A stretch of DNA of 64,000 nt from a virus. Numbering within the stretch: position 1 is the stretch's first letter; every line of letters starts with the position of its first letter. The stretch covers positions 32,001-96,000 of IMG/VR virus record IMGVR_UViG_3300035698_006717, one strand, 5' to 3'. The translations under genes and the position numbers were made by a program. Below are positions 10,477 to 21,641 of this stretch, piece after piece. The notes under the pieces were generated by a model. It did no database searches. It saw nothing but the letters and a program-made list of their open reading frames with translations, and was not told where the DNA came from.

Positions 10477-10910
10477 GTTATCCTACAAAAAATGTTACTG
10501 GTGTATTTGTAAATGGTGAAAATGTATCTCACCTAATTGATCCTGAAAGTATTGAAATAGATTGGCAGTTTGATAGAACTAAATTGTATTGTGGTGGATC
10601 AGATTACCCTAATGATGTTAGAGTGAATGGTTATCATCCTAAAATTAAAATGAAAACAACATTTATACCAAAAGGTGAATTTGAATTTGATATAGATTTG
10701 AATAAAGGTGCTGAGAAGATACATTTTAATAGATGTATGGTAGATTCTTCTGAAGATGGTGAATTGACTTTGAAGGCTTTTGTAGATAATAATGGTGGTG
10801 TAGGTAGGATTGATTTGAAATTGGATTGGACAGAAAAGTACTTCCCTACATTTTTGAAATGGTTCAAGAATTTAAGGCGGTACTGGCGGAAGATTAAGGG
10901 CGAAGCATGA
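10473..10910 (+). CDS. hypothetical protein
   Basis: 145 aa ORF with GTGA overlap, between the SbcD- and SbcC-like genes. Confidence 0.65.
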   Translation: MSYPTKNVTGVFVNGENVSHLIDPESIEIDWQFDRTKLYCGGSDYPNDVRVNGYHPKIKMKTTFIPKGEFEFDIDLNKGAEKIHFNRCMVDSSEDGELTLKAFVDNNGGVGRIDLKLDWTEKYFPTFLKWFKNLRRYWRKIKGEA

Positions 10911-11067
10911 GCGCTGGCAAAGGTAGTGCAAGGCGTCAAGAAGATACAAAGGCTATCCGTGATAGATGGCCTATGGATAAGAAGCCAGTTGGTGAAACAA
11001 AGTTTGGTAACTTTTATATGTGCATTAATTGTTACAAACCTGTCATAAATGGAAAGAAGTGCCCAAG

Positions 11068-12927
11068 ATGCGAATCACAAGAATAAAAGCTGAGAATCTA
11101 TTCAGCTGGGAAAAACTAGATATTAAATTTGAAGATGGCACATATTCTCTTACAGGCGAGAATGGTTGCGGCAAGTCTTCTATCTTTGAGATTATTACTT
11201 GGATTGGATTCAAGAAAACTACCAAGAAGAATGTCAAAGGCGATTATGGTAAGAATAATGGCTGGGGGGAATTAGAGTTTGATAATGGTGAATATGTCAT
11301 TAGAAGAAATACCAAAGAACCTATGAGGATATTAGTTAATGGAGAGGAAGCTGAGCAGGATTATGTTGATAATATCCTAGGGTGCCATTATGATACTTTT
11401 ATGGCATCTATTATGTGCAACCAGAAAAGAGTATCTTCATTTATAAATGAGAAGACTGATACTGGTAAGGCTAGGATATTTGGAGAGATGTTAGGAGCAG
11501 GTAGCCTTGACAAAATTAGATCTAAGGTAAGTAAGCGCAAAAATGAGAGAGAACTAGAGTTTGAAGGTGCGCGCAGTAAGTTTGAACTTTTGACTGAACA
11601 GGTGGATACTGCTAAGTTAAAGTTTGGAGGTAAAACTCCAAAACAGTACAAGGCAGTTATTGAAAGGGACAAGGGTGAATACCACAAGCTAGTAGCAGGG
11701 GAAAAGTTGCTACAAGATAAGGTAGATAAGGCATATGATATAGCAAATCTTTGGAGAAACTATGAAAGCTCTCATGTAGAATATAATAAGGCTTTGTCAA
11801 AACGCAGCAATACGGAGACTGAATTAAAAGAGTCCAAAGATAAATTTGATACTATGGAGATACCTGATGAAACTGGGGCAGGTAAGTATGCGGGTATGTT
11901 GGTTAAGGCTGACAAGATATACCAAAAACTATCTACTGAAGTAATTTACCTTGAAGCAGATATACAAAAGCTAGAAGACATCAAGAGTCTAGGTGAAGGG
12001 GAATGCCCTACTTGTGGTGAGAAAGTTACCATTAAGAAGATTGAACATATTCAAGGTATTATTGATAGATATGGAACAGATCTATACAAGCTTGAAGAGA
12101 AACGCGCTGAGATAGATACTAAGGTTGCCAAAATTAAGGTCAAGCTTAGAAAGATGAAGGAATATGAGGATGAATGGCAAGAGTCAAGGAAAGATGCAGT
12201 ATTCCTACAGCGTATCATAGATAACCTACCCAAGATAATTAAGGTTGAACCTCCTAAACAAGAGAAGATGGACGTTTCAGAGCTTAAGTCAGATCTAGCT
12301 AGGAGCCGCGATAAGGCGTTTGAACTTAAGGGGGGTATAAGGGATAGGGTAAACGTATTGAAAGGCTATATAGAAGCTGAGAGGAGCTTAAAAGCGGCTG
12401 AAAGTATCTATAGGGATAGGGAGAAGGAATACTATGTAGCAAAATGGTTGTTCACTTCCCTACCTTTGATAAAACTTATGTTTATTGAAGAGAATAAGAT
12501 GGTGTTGGAGAATGCTATTAATGAATACTTGTCTACTATGAATGTACAGTTCATGGTTAAGATTGATACACAAAAGGAAATGAAATCAAGGAAAGAGATT
12601 AAGGATGAATTCTCATTCCAAATATTAAGCTCTAACAGGAAGGTTGATAAGGCAGATTTATCTGGTGGAGAGGAGACAATAATACTACTTGCTACTCAGT
12701 TTGCTATTAATGATCTGATTAATCCTAATTTGAAGCTAGAAATATATGATGAGATTTATGGAGCATTATCTGACAATAATGTCAGCACAGTAGTAGATGC
12801 TATAAAGGATAGAGGTGAGTCCAAACAGATATTCACTATATCCCACAAACCTGAAATAAGTAACTCATTTGATAGTTCCATTCTAATCAAAAAGAATGAG
12901 GAAGGCAGTTATGTTGAAAGAATTTGA
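11068..12927 (+). CDS. SbcC/Rad50-like ATPase (T4 gp46-like)
   Basis: GENGCGKSS Walker A, coiled coil with CPTC zinc hook, LSGGE signature, IYDE Walker B, ISH; start set at MRITRIK. Confidence 0.92.
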   Translation: MRITRIKAENLFSWEKLDIKFEDGTYSLTGENGCGKSSIFEIITWIGFKKTTKKNVKGDYGKNNGWGELEFDNGEYVIRRNTKEPMRILVNGEEAEQDYVDNILGCHYDTFMASIMCNQKRVSSFINEKTDTGKARIFGEMLGAGSLDKIRSKVSKRKNERELEFEGARSKFELLTEQVDTAKLKFGGKTPKQYKAVIERDKGEYHKLVAGEKLLQDKVDKAYDIANLWRNYESSHVEYNKALSKRSNTETELKESKDKFDTMEIPDETGAGKYAGMLVKADKIYQKLSTEVIYLEADIQKLEDIKSLGEGECPTCGEKVTIKKIEHIQGIIDRYGTDLYKLEEKRAEIDTKVAKIKVKLRKMKEYEDEWQESRKDAVFLQRIIDNLPKIIKVEPPKQEKMDVSELKSDLARSRDKAFELKGGIRDRVNVLKGYIEAERSLKAAESIYRDREKEYYVAKWLFTSLPLIKLMFIEENKMVLENAINEYLSTMNVQFMVKIDTQKEMKSRKEIKDEFSFQILSSNRKVDKADLSGGEETIILLATQFAINDLINPNLKLEIYDEIYGALSDNNVSTVVDAIKDRGESKQIFTISHKPEISNSFDSSILIKKNEEGSYVERI

Positions 12928-13306
12928 AAAATTAGTCAAGATCTGTAAGAAGTCTAATGCGTTGGAGTTTGTTACAGAAGGTGAAGTTGAAAATAATATA
13001 GGGGAAACTGAAATTGGAATCTTTACCAAAGGATTTGGTGTGGTATTCAAGAAAAAGAATTCTGAAGGAAAACCAGCAGAAGAAATTGACAATCCTGATA
13101 ATGAAGTTGAAGCTGAAGCTGAAGAAGTAAATGCTGAGATGCCTGAAGATGGCATAACAATAAATGGTAAAGTTCAAAAGGTTAAAGGTGAAGTTGGTAT
13201 GAGAATTAAAACTGATACTGGCATAATTGAATTCTTTGTTCCTGAGATTGATGCTTTCTTTGGCGATGGTGATGAAGTAGAGATGAAGTTGGTTAAGAAT
13301 GCCTGA
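12911..13306 (+). CDS. acidic hypothetical protein
   Basis: Long ORF with GAAGG RBS before ATG 12911. Confidence 0.65.
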   Translation: MLKEFEKLVKICKKSNALEFVTEGEVENNIGETEIGIFTKGFGVVFKKKNSEGKPAEEIDNPDNEVEAEAEEVNAEMPEDGITINGKVQKVKGEVGMRIKTDTGIIEFFVPEIDAFFGDGDEVEMKLVKNA

Positions 13307-13601
13307 AGGGAAGGCTGATAAGGAATTCTTTGATGAGATACTTGGAAGAGTAGACTGGGACTACTTCCTACCTGATGTTATTGATTTGAAAGATAAGATT
13401 ACAATAGCTATGCTGATAGAACTTAACGCTACTCAAGCGCTGATGTGTAATTTGTTGAATGAAAATATGGAAGATAATAATAGAGCAGGAGCAGATTGTG
13501 TTATCTGCCCAGATTGTAAAAATGAAGTAGTGCCAGACGCTTTGGGCTACTGCCCTAAATGCAAAAGTGATTTAGCAAGGTTTCTTAAAAAAGGTGCCTA
13601 G
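13299..13601 (+). CDS. Zn-ribbon hypothetical protein
   Basis: CPDC...CPKC. Confidence 0.65.
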   Translation: MPEGKADKEFFDEILGRVDWDYFLPDVIDLKDKITIAMLIELNATQALMCNLLNENMEDNNRAGADCVICPDCKNEVVPDALGYCPKCKSDLARFLKKGA

Positions 13602-13657
13602 CATTTAGGGACATAAAGTTATTTACTTGGTGGATAGTTTCTATTATATTAGGGGTA

Positions 13658-13939
13658 ATGATGGCTAGATTTCATATGTATAAAAAGGTGATAACTTGGG
13701 AGCAATTGTGGAAATGTTGCAACCATAGGAAGTTATGTAGGTTCTGTGACATCATAACAGATGAATGTGAAGATAAGGATTGCAAGCCAAATAATGATAC
13801 AAAAGCTAGATGCCCAATATGGAATGGTATGCTAGAGAATTTGGTTATGGTTCGTAAGGATAACTATAGAAGGGACAATAATGGACAGGAAAGACCGCAC
13901 CAGAAGTTCCATGATGAGAAAAGAGATAGTCAAGATTGA
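13658..13939 (+). CDS. Cys-rich hypothetical protein
   Basis: Follows a TATATT box and GGGG RBS. Confidence 0.55.
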   Translation: MMARFHMYKKVITWEQLWKCCNHRKLCRFCDIITDECEDKDCKPNNDTKARCPIWNGMLENLVMVRKDNYRRDNNGQERPHQKFHDEKRDSQD

Positions 13940-14026
13940 GAATGGCTATGAGTTCTACTCTGATGGTACTATGAAGAAGATTGAAAAGGAAGCTGATAAG
14001 AAATCCTCAGATACTTTGGAGAAATA

Positions 14027-14578
14027 ATGAAACTGTTAGGACTTGATGTATCCAAAGCTAGAACTGGATTCTGTCACTTTGATGATGATACACTTGGAGC
14101 ATATGGTGCTATAGAGTGCCCTAAAAATTTGAGTAAAATTAAGCAAGATACTCCTGAGTTTGCCGAGTTACTTTGGTGGTACTTTAAGGAGGTAAGAAAT
14201 TTAGTGAAAGGATTTCAGCCTGATATCATAGTTCTTGAGAGATTAAATCTTGAACACAATAGGGCTGCAAAAACAATAATTCAATTTCACGCAACAGCTA
14301 TTTTGGCTGCAAAAATACCAGTTAGAGGTATACTGTTAGGATACATACATAATAAAACTGCCAAGGCTAAGTTCAAAGCCAACACTAGAGTTAGAGATGT
14401 TGACCCTAGTGTAATTGCAAAAATGAAAGAGCATAAAATAGACAGGCATGTTAAGATTCTTATGGTTGATGCTATTAATGAAAAGTATGGCTTAAATTTA
14501 ACATACAAGCAAGATGATGAGGCTGACTCAATAGCCTTAGTTGACACATATTATGCCAAGGAGATATGCGGTGAGTAA
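14027..14578 (+). CDS. RuvC-like Holliday junction resolvase
   Basis: LLGLDVSKARTG, IIVLE and DEADSIAL RNase H-fold catalytic motifs. Confidence 0.85.
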   Translation: MKLLGLDVSKARTGFCHFDDDTLGAYGAIECPKNLSKIKQDTPEFAELLWWYFKEVRNLVKGFQPDIIVLERLNLEHNRAAKTIIQFHATAILAAKIPVRGILLGYIHNKTAKAKFKANTRVRDVDPSVIAKMKEHKIDRHVKILMVDAINEKYGLNLTYKQDDEADSIALVDTYYAKEICGE

Positions 14579-14945
14579 ATATGATGGAATGACAATAGAA
14601 GGTCTGATGGAAGAGTTTAAGAGAAAGAATATGCCGCTGCCATCTGGATCAGTAGCAAAGGAGCTTATAGGCTTACTACAGGAAAGGGATAATCTTGTTA
14701 CCAATATTGGCAATGTTGGTAACACTACTGAGAAGTATCCTGAGACAAAATTCAATAATATCGCAGTTGCGTCATTCTTCTACATTCTTGGGAAATTGTG
14801 TATCAAGTATGATGAGGAATTATACCTTGAGATTGATACAGTAAGACAGCAGTGTCATTTGAAGGAAGGGTATGCTCTTAAGGATTTTGATGTCAATGTT
14901 TGCGATATTAGTTATTCCTACAAGAAGGGCAAAGGGAAGAAATAA
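14571..14945 (+). CDS. hypothetical protein
   Basis: In-frame GTG overlapping the ruvC-like gene end. Confidence 0.55.
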   Translation: MSKYDGMTIEGLMEEFKRKNMPLPSGSVAKELIGLLQERDNLVTNIGNVGNTTEKYPETKFNNIAVASFFYILGKLCIKYDEELYLEIDTVRQQCHLKEGYALKDFDVNVCDISYSYKKGKGKK

Positions 14946-15337
14946 TGCCAAAATTTAGCAATAGTTCTAATAGTAAATTGCACACATGCAATGCTGGCCT
15001 TATTTCAATATTTGAAGATGCTATTGAAATATTTGATTGTAAGGTTCTATGCGGCCACAGATTGGAGGCTGAACAGAACGCTCTATATGAGCAAGATTAT
15101 TCTCAGCTACAGTATCCTGAATCTAAGCATAATGTATTCCCTTCTATGGCTGTAGATGTAGCTCCATATCCAATTGATTGGGATGATACAAGAAGGTTCT
15201 ATTTATTCGCTGGCCTCATTAAGGGTATTGCTTATGGTGCTGGACTTGATATTGTATGGGGTGGAGATTGGGATAATGATACACAAGTCAAAGATAACAA
15301 GTTTAATGATTTAGTCCACTTTCAACTTGGAAGGTAG
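14945..15337 (+). CDS. endolysin, peptidase M15 family (L-Ala-D-Glu peptidase-like)
   Basis: CGHR...EQ, SKHN...AVD, WGGDW and DLVHFQL zinc-peptidase motifs. Confidence 0.88.
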   Translation: MPKFSNSSNSKLHTCNAGLISIFEDAIEIFDCKVLCGHRLEAEQNALYEQDYSQLQYPESKHNVFPSMAVDVAPYPIDWDDTRRFYLFAGLIKGIAYGAGLDIVWGGDWDNDTQVKDNKFNDLVHFQLGR

Positions 15338-15339
15338 CA

Positions 15340-15966
15340 ATGCCCAGTACAGATAAAAGGAAGCATTCAACAAAAGCAAAGAAACGGTTTGAAGAGAAGT
15401 ATCTTCTCACAGATGACCGTAGCAACCCGTATTATATGTATGTACCAAATAAAACTGATACAGACACATTACGGAAACTGATGGATACTCGCAACTATAT
15501 CCGTATTATGACACAATTGGACAAAAACCAATACATAGTTGCTCAGTATTATATCTATACTGAGGGTGATATATGGATGTGCGGAGATTCCCTAACATTC
15601 AATCAGAATCCTGATAAGAAGATATGGTGCGAATGTTTGTGTATGCCAAGGAAAGATAAGTGCATATGCTATGAAGAAGCTACTAATGAATTTCTGAGCG
15701 TATGTCCAGAGTGTAAAAAACTTGGTATATTTATCAAGGATACCGCCTTTAAATGTAAGCATTGTGATTTTGTCCTTAGATGGAATTTGGTAAGTGATCT
15801 ACCTTTTGCCAAGATACCGTGCCAGTATTGCCCTAGAGAGATAGGTTGGGATAAGGCTCAGAATATTAGGGAGTTGGTGATTAAGCATTTGGTCAATAGG
15901 TCTCACATAGTTGCTCAATATCAAGAAAAAAAGATTGAAGAAATAATGGAGGGTGAAGGTGAATAA
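15340..15966 (+). CDS. Cys-rich hypothetical protein
   Basis: Several CxxC pairs. Confidence 0.65.
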   Translation: MPSTDKRKHSTKAKKRFEEKYLLTDDRSNPYYMYVPNKTDTDTLRKLMDTRNYIRIMTQLDKNQYIVAQYYIYTEGDIWMCGDSLTFNQNPDKKIWCECLCMPRKDKCICYEEATNEFLSVCPECKKLGIFIKDTAFKCKHCDFVLRWNLVSDLPFAKIPCQYCPREIGWDKAQNIRELVIKHLVNRSHIVAQYQEKKIEEIMEGEGE

Positions 15967-18024
15967 TTGGATACTAACATTAATAAATAAACCTAAGACA
16001 TCTGAAGATGCTATGGCTTTGGGTCACAGATATTGGAGCTGGTGGTGTGAGCAACGCGGCGTTATTGAATTACCAACTGACCCAGAAAATAGAAATCCAT
16101 TTTTAAAAGAAGAGTATTCAATTAAAGGAGTTGGTGATGAATGAACTACAGAAGATTAAAAAATTCCAAGACCCTAATGTTAATATTGGTGATTTGAATA
16201 GTCTAGTTGACATACTTAATGCTATGGTTGGTGTGATCAATACATTCAGTAAGCAGGTAGAGTTTACTAACTCTGCTATCAAGAAGTTTGATATGCAGAT
16301 GCAGGAGATTGATAAGGTTGTAACTGAAATGCTAGAACAGGAGAAGGAATCATGAGTGAGCTTACTGATTCACAAGGCATAAGCCTGAATCCCACTAGGA
16401 ATGTAAAACGCAAATATGAGAAGTATTGCATATGCGTTGAGTGTGAAAAATTTTCAGTTCAATCTAATCTTGTCGTAAGATACCTATGCACTAGATGCGG
16501 AAGGGGTAATAATGCTGAAGAAGCTGTTTCTAGATTTGCTGAATGGGATAAGGGTGAGTTAGAGCTTACGGATAAGTCACAAGCCCCTGCCCTAGTTAGA
16601 GTTGATGGTGGCAAGTTGGCATATACTAAGTTCAGAGATGAGATGCAGATCCGTAGTGATATGTTTGTAGGTGGGAAAACTAGAGACTCTATGGGATCTC
16701 ATAATTTCCGCAAGCAGTTGAAGAGAGAGCTAATGCATGAGAAAGCATATCGTGGTGAGAAGTCGGATGTAGATTGATAATGGATAAAGAATGGATACAA
16801 CACCTCAGTGATAAGGATGCATACTATAGGCTGTATGCTGAGTTTCTGATGAAGGTCTATAATGATATTTTAACAACAAGTGATTTTAGGAGTGCCTTTT
16901 ATAAATGGTTGGTTGAAGGTGATGGTTACTACAGAGAGAGGCTGAGGAGTCATTTTGAATCAGTCAATTGGCTTTTGAATTATTCAATTGGGTCAATTTG
17001 CTTTGAAGTATTAAAAATCAATCATCTTAGGATAGAGGATGTAGAAAAGTCAATCTATCGCAAAATGCAATCAAATAAGAAGTTCAATAAATTCTTTGTA
17101 AGTTATGGAAATGAAATAGAGCGGGTGGTTCATGATACCGAAGAACAAGAATGCTCTGAAAAACTTTAAGGGCTTGATTGATAAGCAGCAAAGTACCATA
17201 GTAAAGGCTAAAGCTGCAGGCAAGCCAAATCCAAAGTATGAATCTATTACTGGTACTTGTATGTGCTGTGATAGAGAAAATATTAGGATTGCTAAGAAGA
17301 TTGAGATGCTTTGCTCTTATTGTTATAATTGGTGCCACAAATACATATTAGATAATTATGGATACTATTCTAGCAAACACCTAGCGGTAGCAATGTGTGC
17401 ATTTCAGAATTCTATAGAATGTAGGTTTTGCCATAAGGAACTCCCCCGTATCAAGGAGGATGGTGCTATAAGGAAGGGCAAACCAATATGCGATACTTGC
17501 TATGAGATATATAAGGTGGCCCGTGAGTCGGGGAAGAGAGAACGGGAAAGAAACAAATACAAGAGAAGGGATTTTGCATAATGGGTGAGAATAAGTTTGG
17601 TTTTATAAACCATACTATTGATAAAATACACGGTGCTGAGCCTTATGTTAGCTTTGTATTAGATTTCAGCAATCTACTGGATCATGATACATTACATCAT
17701 AGTATCATAGTAGATTTTGATGACTTATCAAATCTAAGTAAGGTGAATAATATCAGAGGATTTATACTGTTCATGCCTTTCCTATATGAACAGGATGTTT
17801 CTAAAATTATGAATCGTATAAACAAAATGGAATGGAAGGGGAAGGTTCTGATATTTGATATCAAGAGCAATTGCGCGCAAGATTGGATAAGGAAGGTTCC
17901 TACTCTGCCTGGCATGAGTCTGAGGGGTGTAGAAGATATTGAGCAGAACTTTTTTGTAATGAGATGGAATAAGTTTAGGAATGTTAAGGAACACTTAAAA
18001 TATGATAATGCGGAGATATCATGA
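15953..18024 (+). other. run of six coupled hypothetical ORFs (15953-16144, 16131-16355, 16352-16777, 16774-17169, 17132-17581, 17581-18024), two with CxxC motifs
   Basis: Overlapping start/stop codons on one strand; no recognisable family. Confidence 0.6.
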
Positions 18025-18104
18025 TATCTCGCAATATATTTGCGATAAAGCAGATATTATCAGGCATCATGATATCCCGCAATATATTTGCGTTAAATCA
18101 GATA
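18018..18104. repeat. tandem 39-bp operator-like repeat (period 48) built from palindromes
   Basis: ATCATGATATCYCGCAATATATTTGCGWTAAAKCAGATA at 18018 and 18066. Confidence 0.85.
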
Positions 18105-18116
18105 GGAGCATAAGTC

Positions 18117-18917
18117 ATGGGAGGATTCAGAGGAACTCAAAAAGCAGCTGTGGATAAGGTGATATCAGAAGACAAGCAGCCAGCTGGTAAGAGCACTTGC
18201 AATGCAGTTAGGAAGAACAGTGACGGATATTGTAAACTGCCAGGTGTTGAGGAATTTAGTAGATGTAGGTTACATGGTGGATCTAATGAGTTAGCTGTTG
18301 ATATATTCAGAAAGGCTATGCCTTTGGAGAAAGCTGGCAAGCTTGAGGCTTTGCTGAATGATACTATGAGTATGGATAATGAGCTTGCTGCTGCTAAGAC
18401 TATGTTAGTTCAAGAGCTTGAGAATTACAATAGGGCAAATTATGTATTGAACTCTTATGTTGAGCAGACTCCTGCGCGTCCTACTCCTGACGATCCTGAT
18501 TTTGAGCGTGAGATGGTATCATATAATATTGCAACTGAATTGCATGCCATTATTATGGATAAGGCAGAGAATATGAGAGACAAGTCTTTTGATAATTCTC
18601 AGAAGCTGATTCGTATTCTAAGTGAGGGAGTTACCAAGAATAATAAGATCAAGGAAGGTAACAAATTCCAGCTTGATGTTAAACAGATTAGCAGACTACT
18701 CAAGATACAGCTAGAGGCTCATCAATATTGCAAGGGGTGCCCGAAGTTGAAGTTAGTAGTGACTCATATTAAGGAGCACACTCAAGATATACCTCTGAAC
18801 CCCAATTTCTCTAAGAAGAATAAGGAAGCAGTTGGCCGCAGAGCCTATAAGGATTTGGTAAGTGAAGTTGAGAGTAGAATGGGTGGCGCTGAGGAAGCTG
18901 AATTTGAAGTAGAATAA
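18117..18917 (+). CDS. HGGxSTG-type domain protein, candidate terminase small subunit
   Basis: CNA...C...RCRLHGG N-terminal motif followed by a helical region. Confidence 0.55.
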   Translation: MGGFRGTQKAAVDKVISEDKQPAGKSTCNAVRKNSDGYCKLPGVEEFSRCRLHGGSNELAVDIFRKAMPLEKAGKLEALLNDTMSMDNELAAAKTMLVQELENYNRANYVLNSYVEQTPARPTPDDPDFEREMVSYNIATELHAIIMDKAENMRDKSFDNSQKLIRILSEGVTKNNKIKEGNKFQLDVKQISRLLKIQLEAHQYCKGCPKLKLVVTHIKEHTQDIPLNPNFSKKNKEAVGRRAYKDLVSEVESRMGGAEEAEFEVE

Positions 18918-18918
18918 A

Positions 18919-18951
18919 ATCAATACTCTTCAGTTTAAACAGAGGTATACT
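18919..18951 (+). promoter_or_regulatory. conserved phage promoter P1
   Basis: ATACTC-17bp-TATACT, with TTCAG after the -35 box. Confidence 0.7.
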
Positions 18952-18998
18952 ATAGATATATAGCGATAGCTAACTGAACTAGAAAGGCTGAACTAATT

Positions 18999-20531
18999 AT
19001 GCTTCTCGCTGACCATGAATTCAATTTTCCAGAGGACAGGATGACAAATGCTATTAGAAGTAGGTTTGCGATAATGCTATCTTTGAATGGTATATGCAAA
19101 TCTGATGTGTATGAACTTTCAAGAACCGATGGGAATTTGCTTGCAGTATGGAATAGATTTTATGAAGAATGGAAGAGTGATAAATCAGATTACTGTATGA
19201 GAGACTTTGCATTTATGTATGAGTGCTACAAATATGAGGAAGTAAAATTCACCATTTGGAGAACATATGCTATGTGGAGATTCCTTATGCGTAGCGCAGT
19301 TAGGATAATGAGGTTTACTATACCAGTAACTCTAGTAATTGGGGCCTATATCTATTTCAACTAAAATTCAGCTATTTGAACGTATCGGCCTAGGCTATAT
19401 TAAAGGTAAGGGAGGAAGGTACTATGTTTTCAATTGTAGCAGCTGAACTGAAGGGTGCAGAATAATGAAACTACAAGACTTATTTGAAGAAGCTGAGAAG
19501 GCAAGAAAGAAAACTGAATTGGTAGCAAAGCCACTTTATGAAGATTGGCATAATAAGCTAACAGATGCTATAGAGTATGCTTTCAAAACCAAAAAAGGTC
19601 AAGACATATGTGGCCTACCCACTACTCCACTAAGGTTCAAATTTAAAGATGGAACAGTATTTGAAGTAAGACCTGCATATATGAATGCGCAAGGAGATTT
19701 CAAGAATGGCGTATTTAAATGGAGTGCAGGCGAAGTTTTCACGCTGAAGAAGATTCCTACACAACCATTTTAACGAGAGGAGTGTGATGTGGTGTAAGAT
19801 AGTTGTTAAGTTGAAGGTAAGAGATCATAGTTGGTGGGAGGATATACCTGATGAGATTATGAATAGCGATGAACTATTGTCTAAATTTATTAAGACTGTC
19901 ACCGACATCTTCAAACCGATAGATGTTGAGGTATATCCTGAAGAGCAAATTAATATGGAAGGAATTGTAAATGGGCAAGAGGCCAAAAACGAAAGCTGAA
20001 GTTACTCCTGAAATTGTTGAAGAAAAACCAGCAGAAGAAATTCAGCCTGAAGAAATTCAAGTTGAAGAAACTCAACCAGAAGAAGTAAAGCCAGAAGTAG
20101 TTGATGAAGAACCTGTGGTATATGACAATACAGGAAAGCTGTTCCTGAGATATTTCTTCTCTAATGAGTCAGTATCTTCCAAGGTCATTACCAAGCTGAA
20201 CAAGAAAGTGTATTTCCCCAAGAATCCTAATATCAGCCCAGGCTGGTATGTTACATCTGTGATAGAAGAGAAAGATAAGTATGGTGTGATGGATGCTATA
20301 CCTATTACAGAAGTTCCTGATGAGCTTTGGGGTAAGAAGATCATAAAAGGTATTTTCATTAAGCCTAATTATGAGAAGGGTGTTATGGAGATCCACAGAG
20401 CTATGCCGAAGGATAAGTTGAAGACTGAGGAGTCTCCAATTATTCACACGGTTCCTCTGAATATGCCCAACTATACTTCTGGTAATACTATTGAGAATAT
20501 TATCCAGAGTAAGAAGGACAATAAAAGATGA
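18999..20531 (+). other. hypothetical ORFs 18999-19364, 19465-19773, 19784-19999 and 19971-20531
   Basis: ORF track plus RBSs; the last ORF has a Glu/Pro-rich repeat N-terminus. Confidence 0.6.
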
Positions 20532-21022
20532 CTTCAAAGAAGCTACCGCCTGAAACAACTTCTGATTATTATGGTAGCTACCCACAAGTCTTCAAGCATT
20601 TGAAGAAACTAGGAGACAGAGACCAAGAGTGCGGTGTATTGGTCACTTTGGATAAGGGGTGCTTCTTAATCAAGAGGCACCTCATCTCCTTGGGTGGTTG
20701 GAATGAAGACTCTACTGATCTCAAAGTTCTGTTTAATAGAATAGTTGCTGATAAGGCAAGTAGGTTCCTATTTGCTCACAATCACTCTAACGGAGTTGCT
20801 GCTGTAAGTAAACCTGATGTAAGATTTACCATAGCAGTAATATTCATAGCAGACTTGTTAGAAGTAGATTTTATGGATCACGTTATATTTCCTTACAAGA
20901 GGGAGCCTGTAAGTATTAAACAAAAGTATCCACAATTATTCAAGAGAAACTATCAAGAAGTATTCACAAAGGCAACTAACAAATTTCTACCAAAATATTA
21001 TGAGCAAACAGAGATTGAATGA
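20528..21022 (+). CDS. RadC-like JAB/MPN domain protein
   Basis: QEC...LD, AHNHSNG...SKPD and DHVI JAB motifs. Confidence 0.85.
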   Translation: MTSKKLPPETTSDYYGSYPQVFKHLKKLGDRDQECGVLVTLDKGCFLIKRHLISLGGWNEDSTDLKVLFNRIVADKASRFLFAHNHSNGVAAVSKPDVRFTIAVIFIADLLEVDFMDHVIFPYKREPVSIKQKYPQLFKRNYQEVFTKATNKFLPKYYEQTEIE

Positions 21023-21241
21023 AATAGCTGCTAAATGGTATAAGTATATTGACGAACACGATAATTTGTATGGTCATGATATACCTGCTGTTAAATCCAA
21101 TAAGTCAAGAAATCCACAAACGTCTGTTATACCAGCAACTCCAAAAGAGAAAGTGGTATACATTATCCGCTGCAATGTTTGTTGCCAGCTTGGTGATGCT
21201 GGAAGTGGTGCTGCCAAGATCTGTGACGCTTGCAGGAAATT

Positions 21242-21277
21242 AAAGTCATAACTCTTCAGGTAGTTCAACTGTATACT
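21242..21277 (+). promoter_or_regulatory. conserved phage promoter P2
   Basis: AAAGTCA-TAACTC-TTCAG...17bp...TATACT. Confidence 0.8.
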
Positions 21278-21464
21278 TCCTTATATAAGCGACTAACCGA
21301 AGGGATTTGATGATGGATGATAAGAAGCCGAGACTGGGAGAACAGCAAGTGTTTGGCCCGCAGTTTAGAGTCTATACTATGCGCGGCTGGGTTATTTGTG
21401 ATACAAAAAAGGAAGTGGAATCTGAGATGCTTGAGATAGAGTCTATGTTGGAAAAGAAATAGAT

Positions 21465-21500
21465 AAAGTCATTACTCTTCAACTTAAATAGATATATATT
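21465..21500 (+). promoter_or_regulatory. conserved phage promoter P3
   Basis: AAAGTCA-TTACTC-TTCAA...17bp...TATATT. Confidence 0.8.
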
Positions 21501-21641
21501 ACTTTTATAACTGGAAGGGATCTTATGCTAACTACCTATCACTTAACAGAGGAGTTTGAAAAAAGTCTGAGAAAGTATGAGAGACTCTGCCGAAAACTAA
21601 AGTTAATTTCCCATTAAACGCATTAACAAAAGGAGCCTATC

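Noticed and set aside
1515-12927. Stop-codon reassignment, or inteins/introns in dnaE and recA
   Set aside because: Long genes are intact in code 11 with contiguous motifs; no intein splice or homing-endonuclease motifs seen
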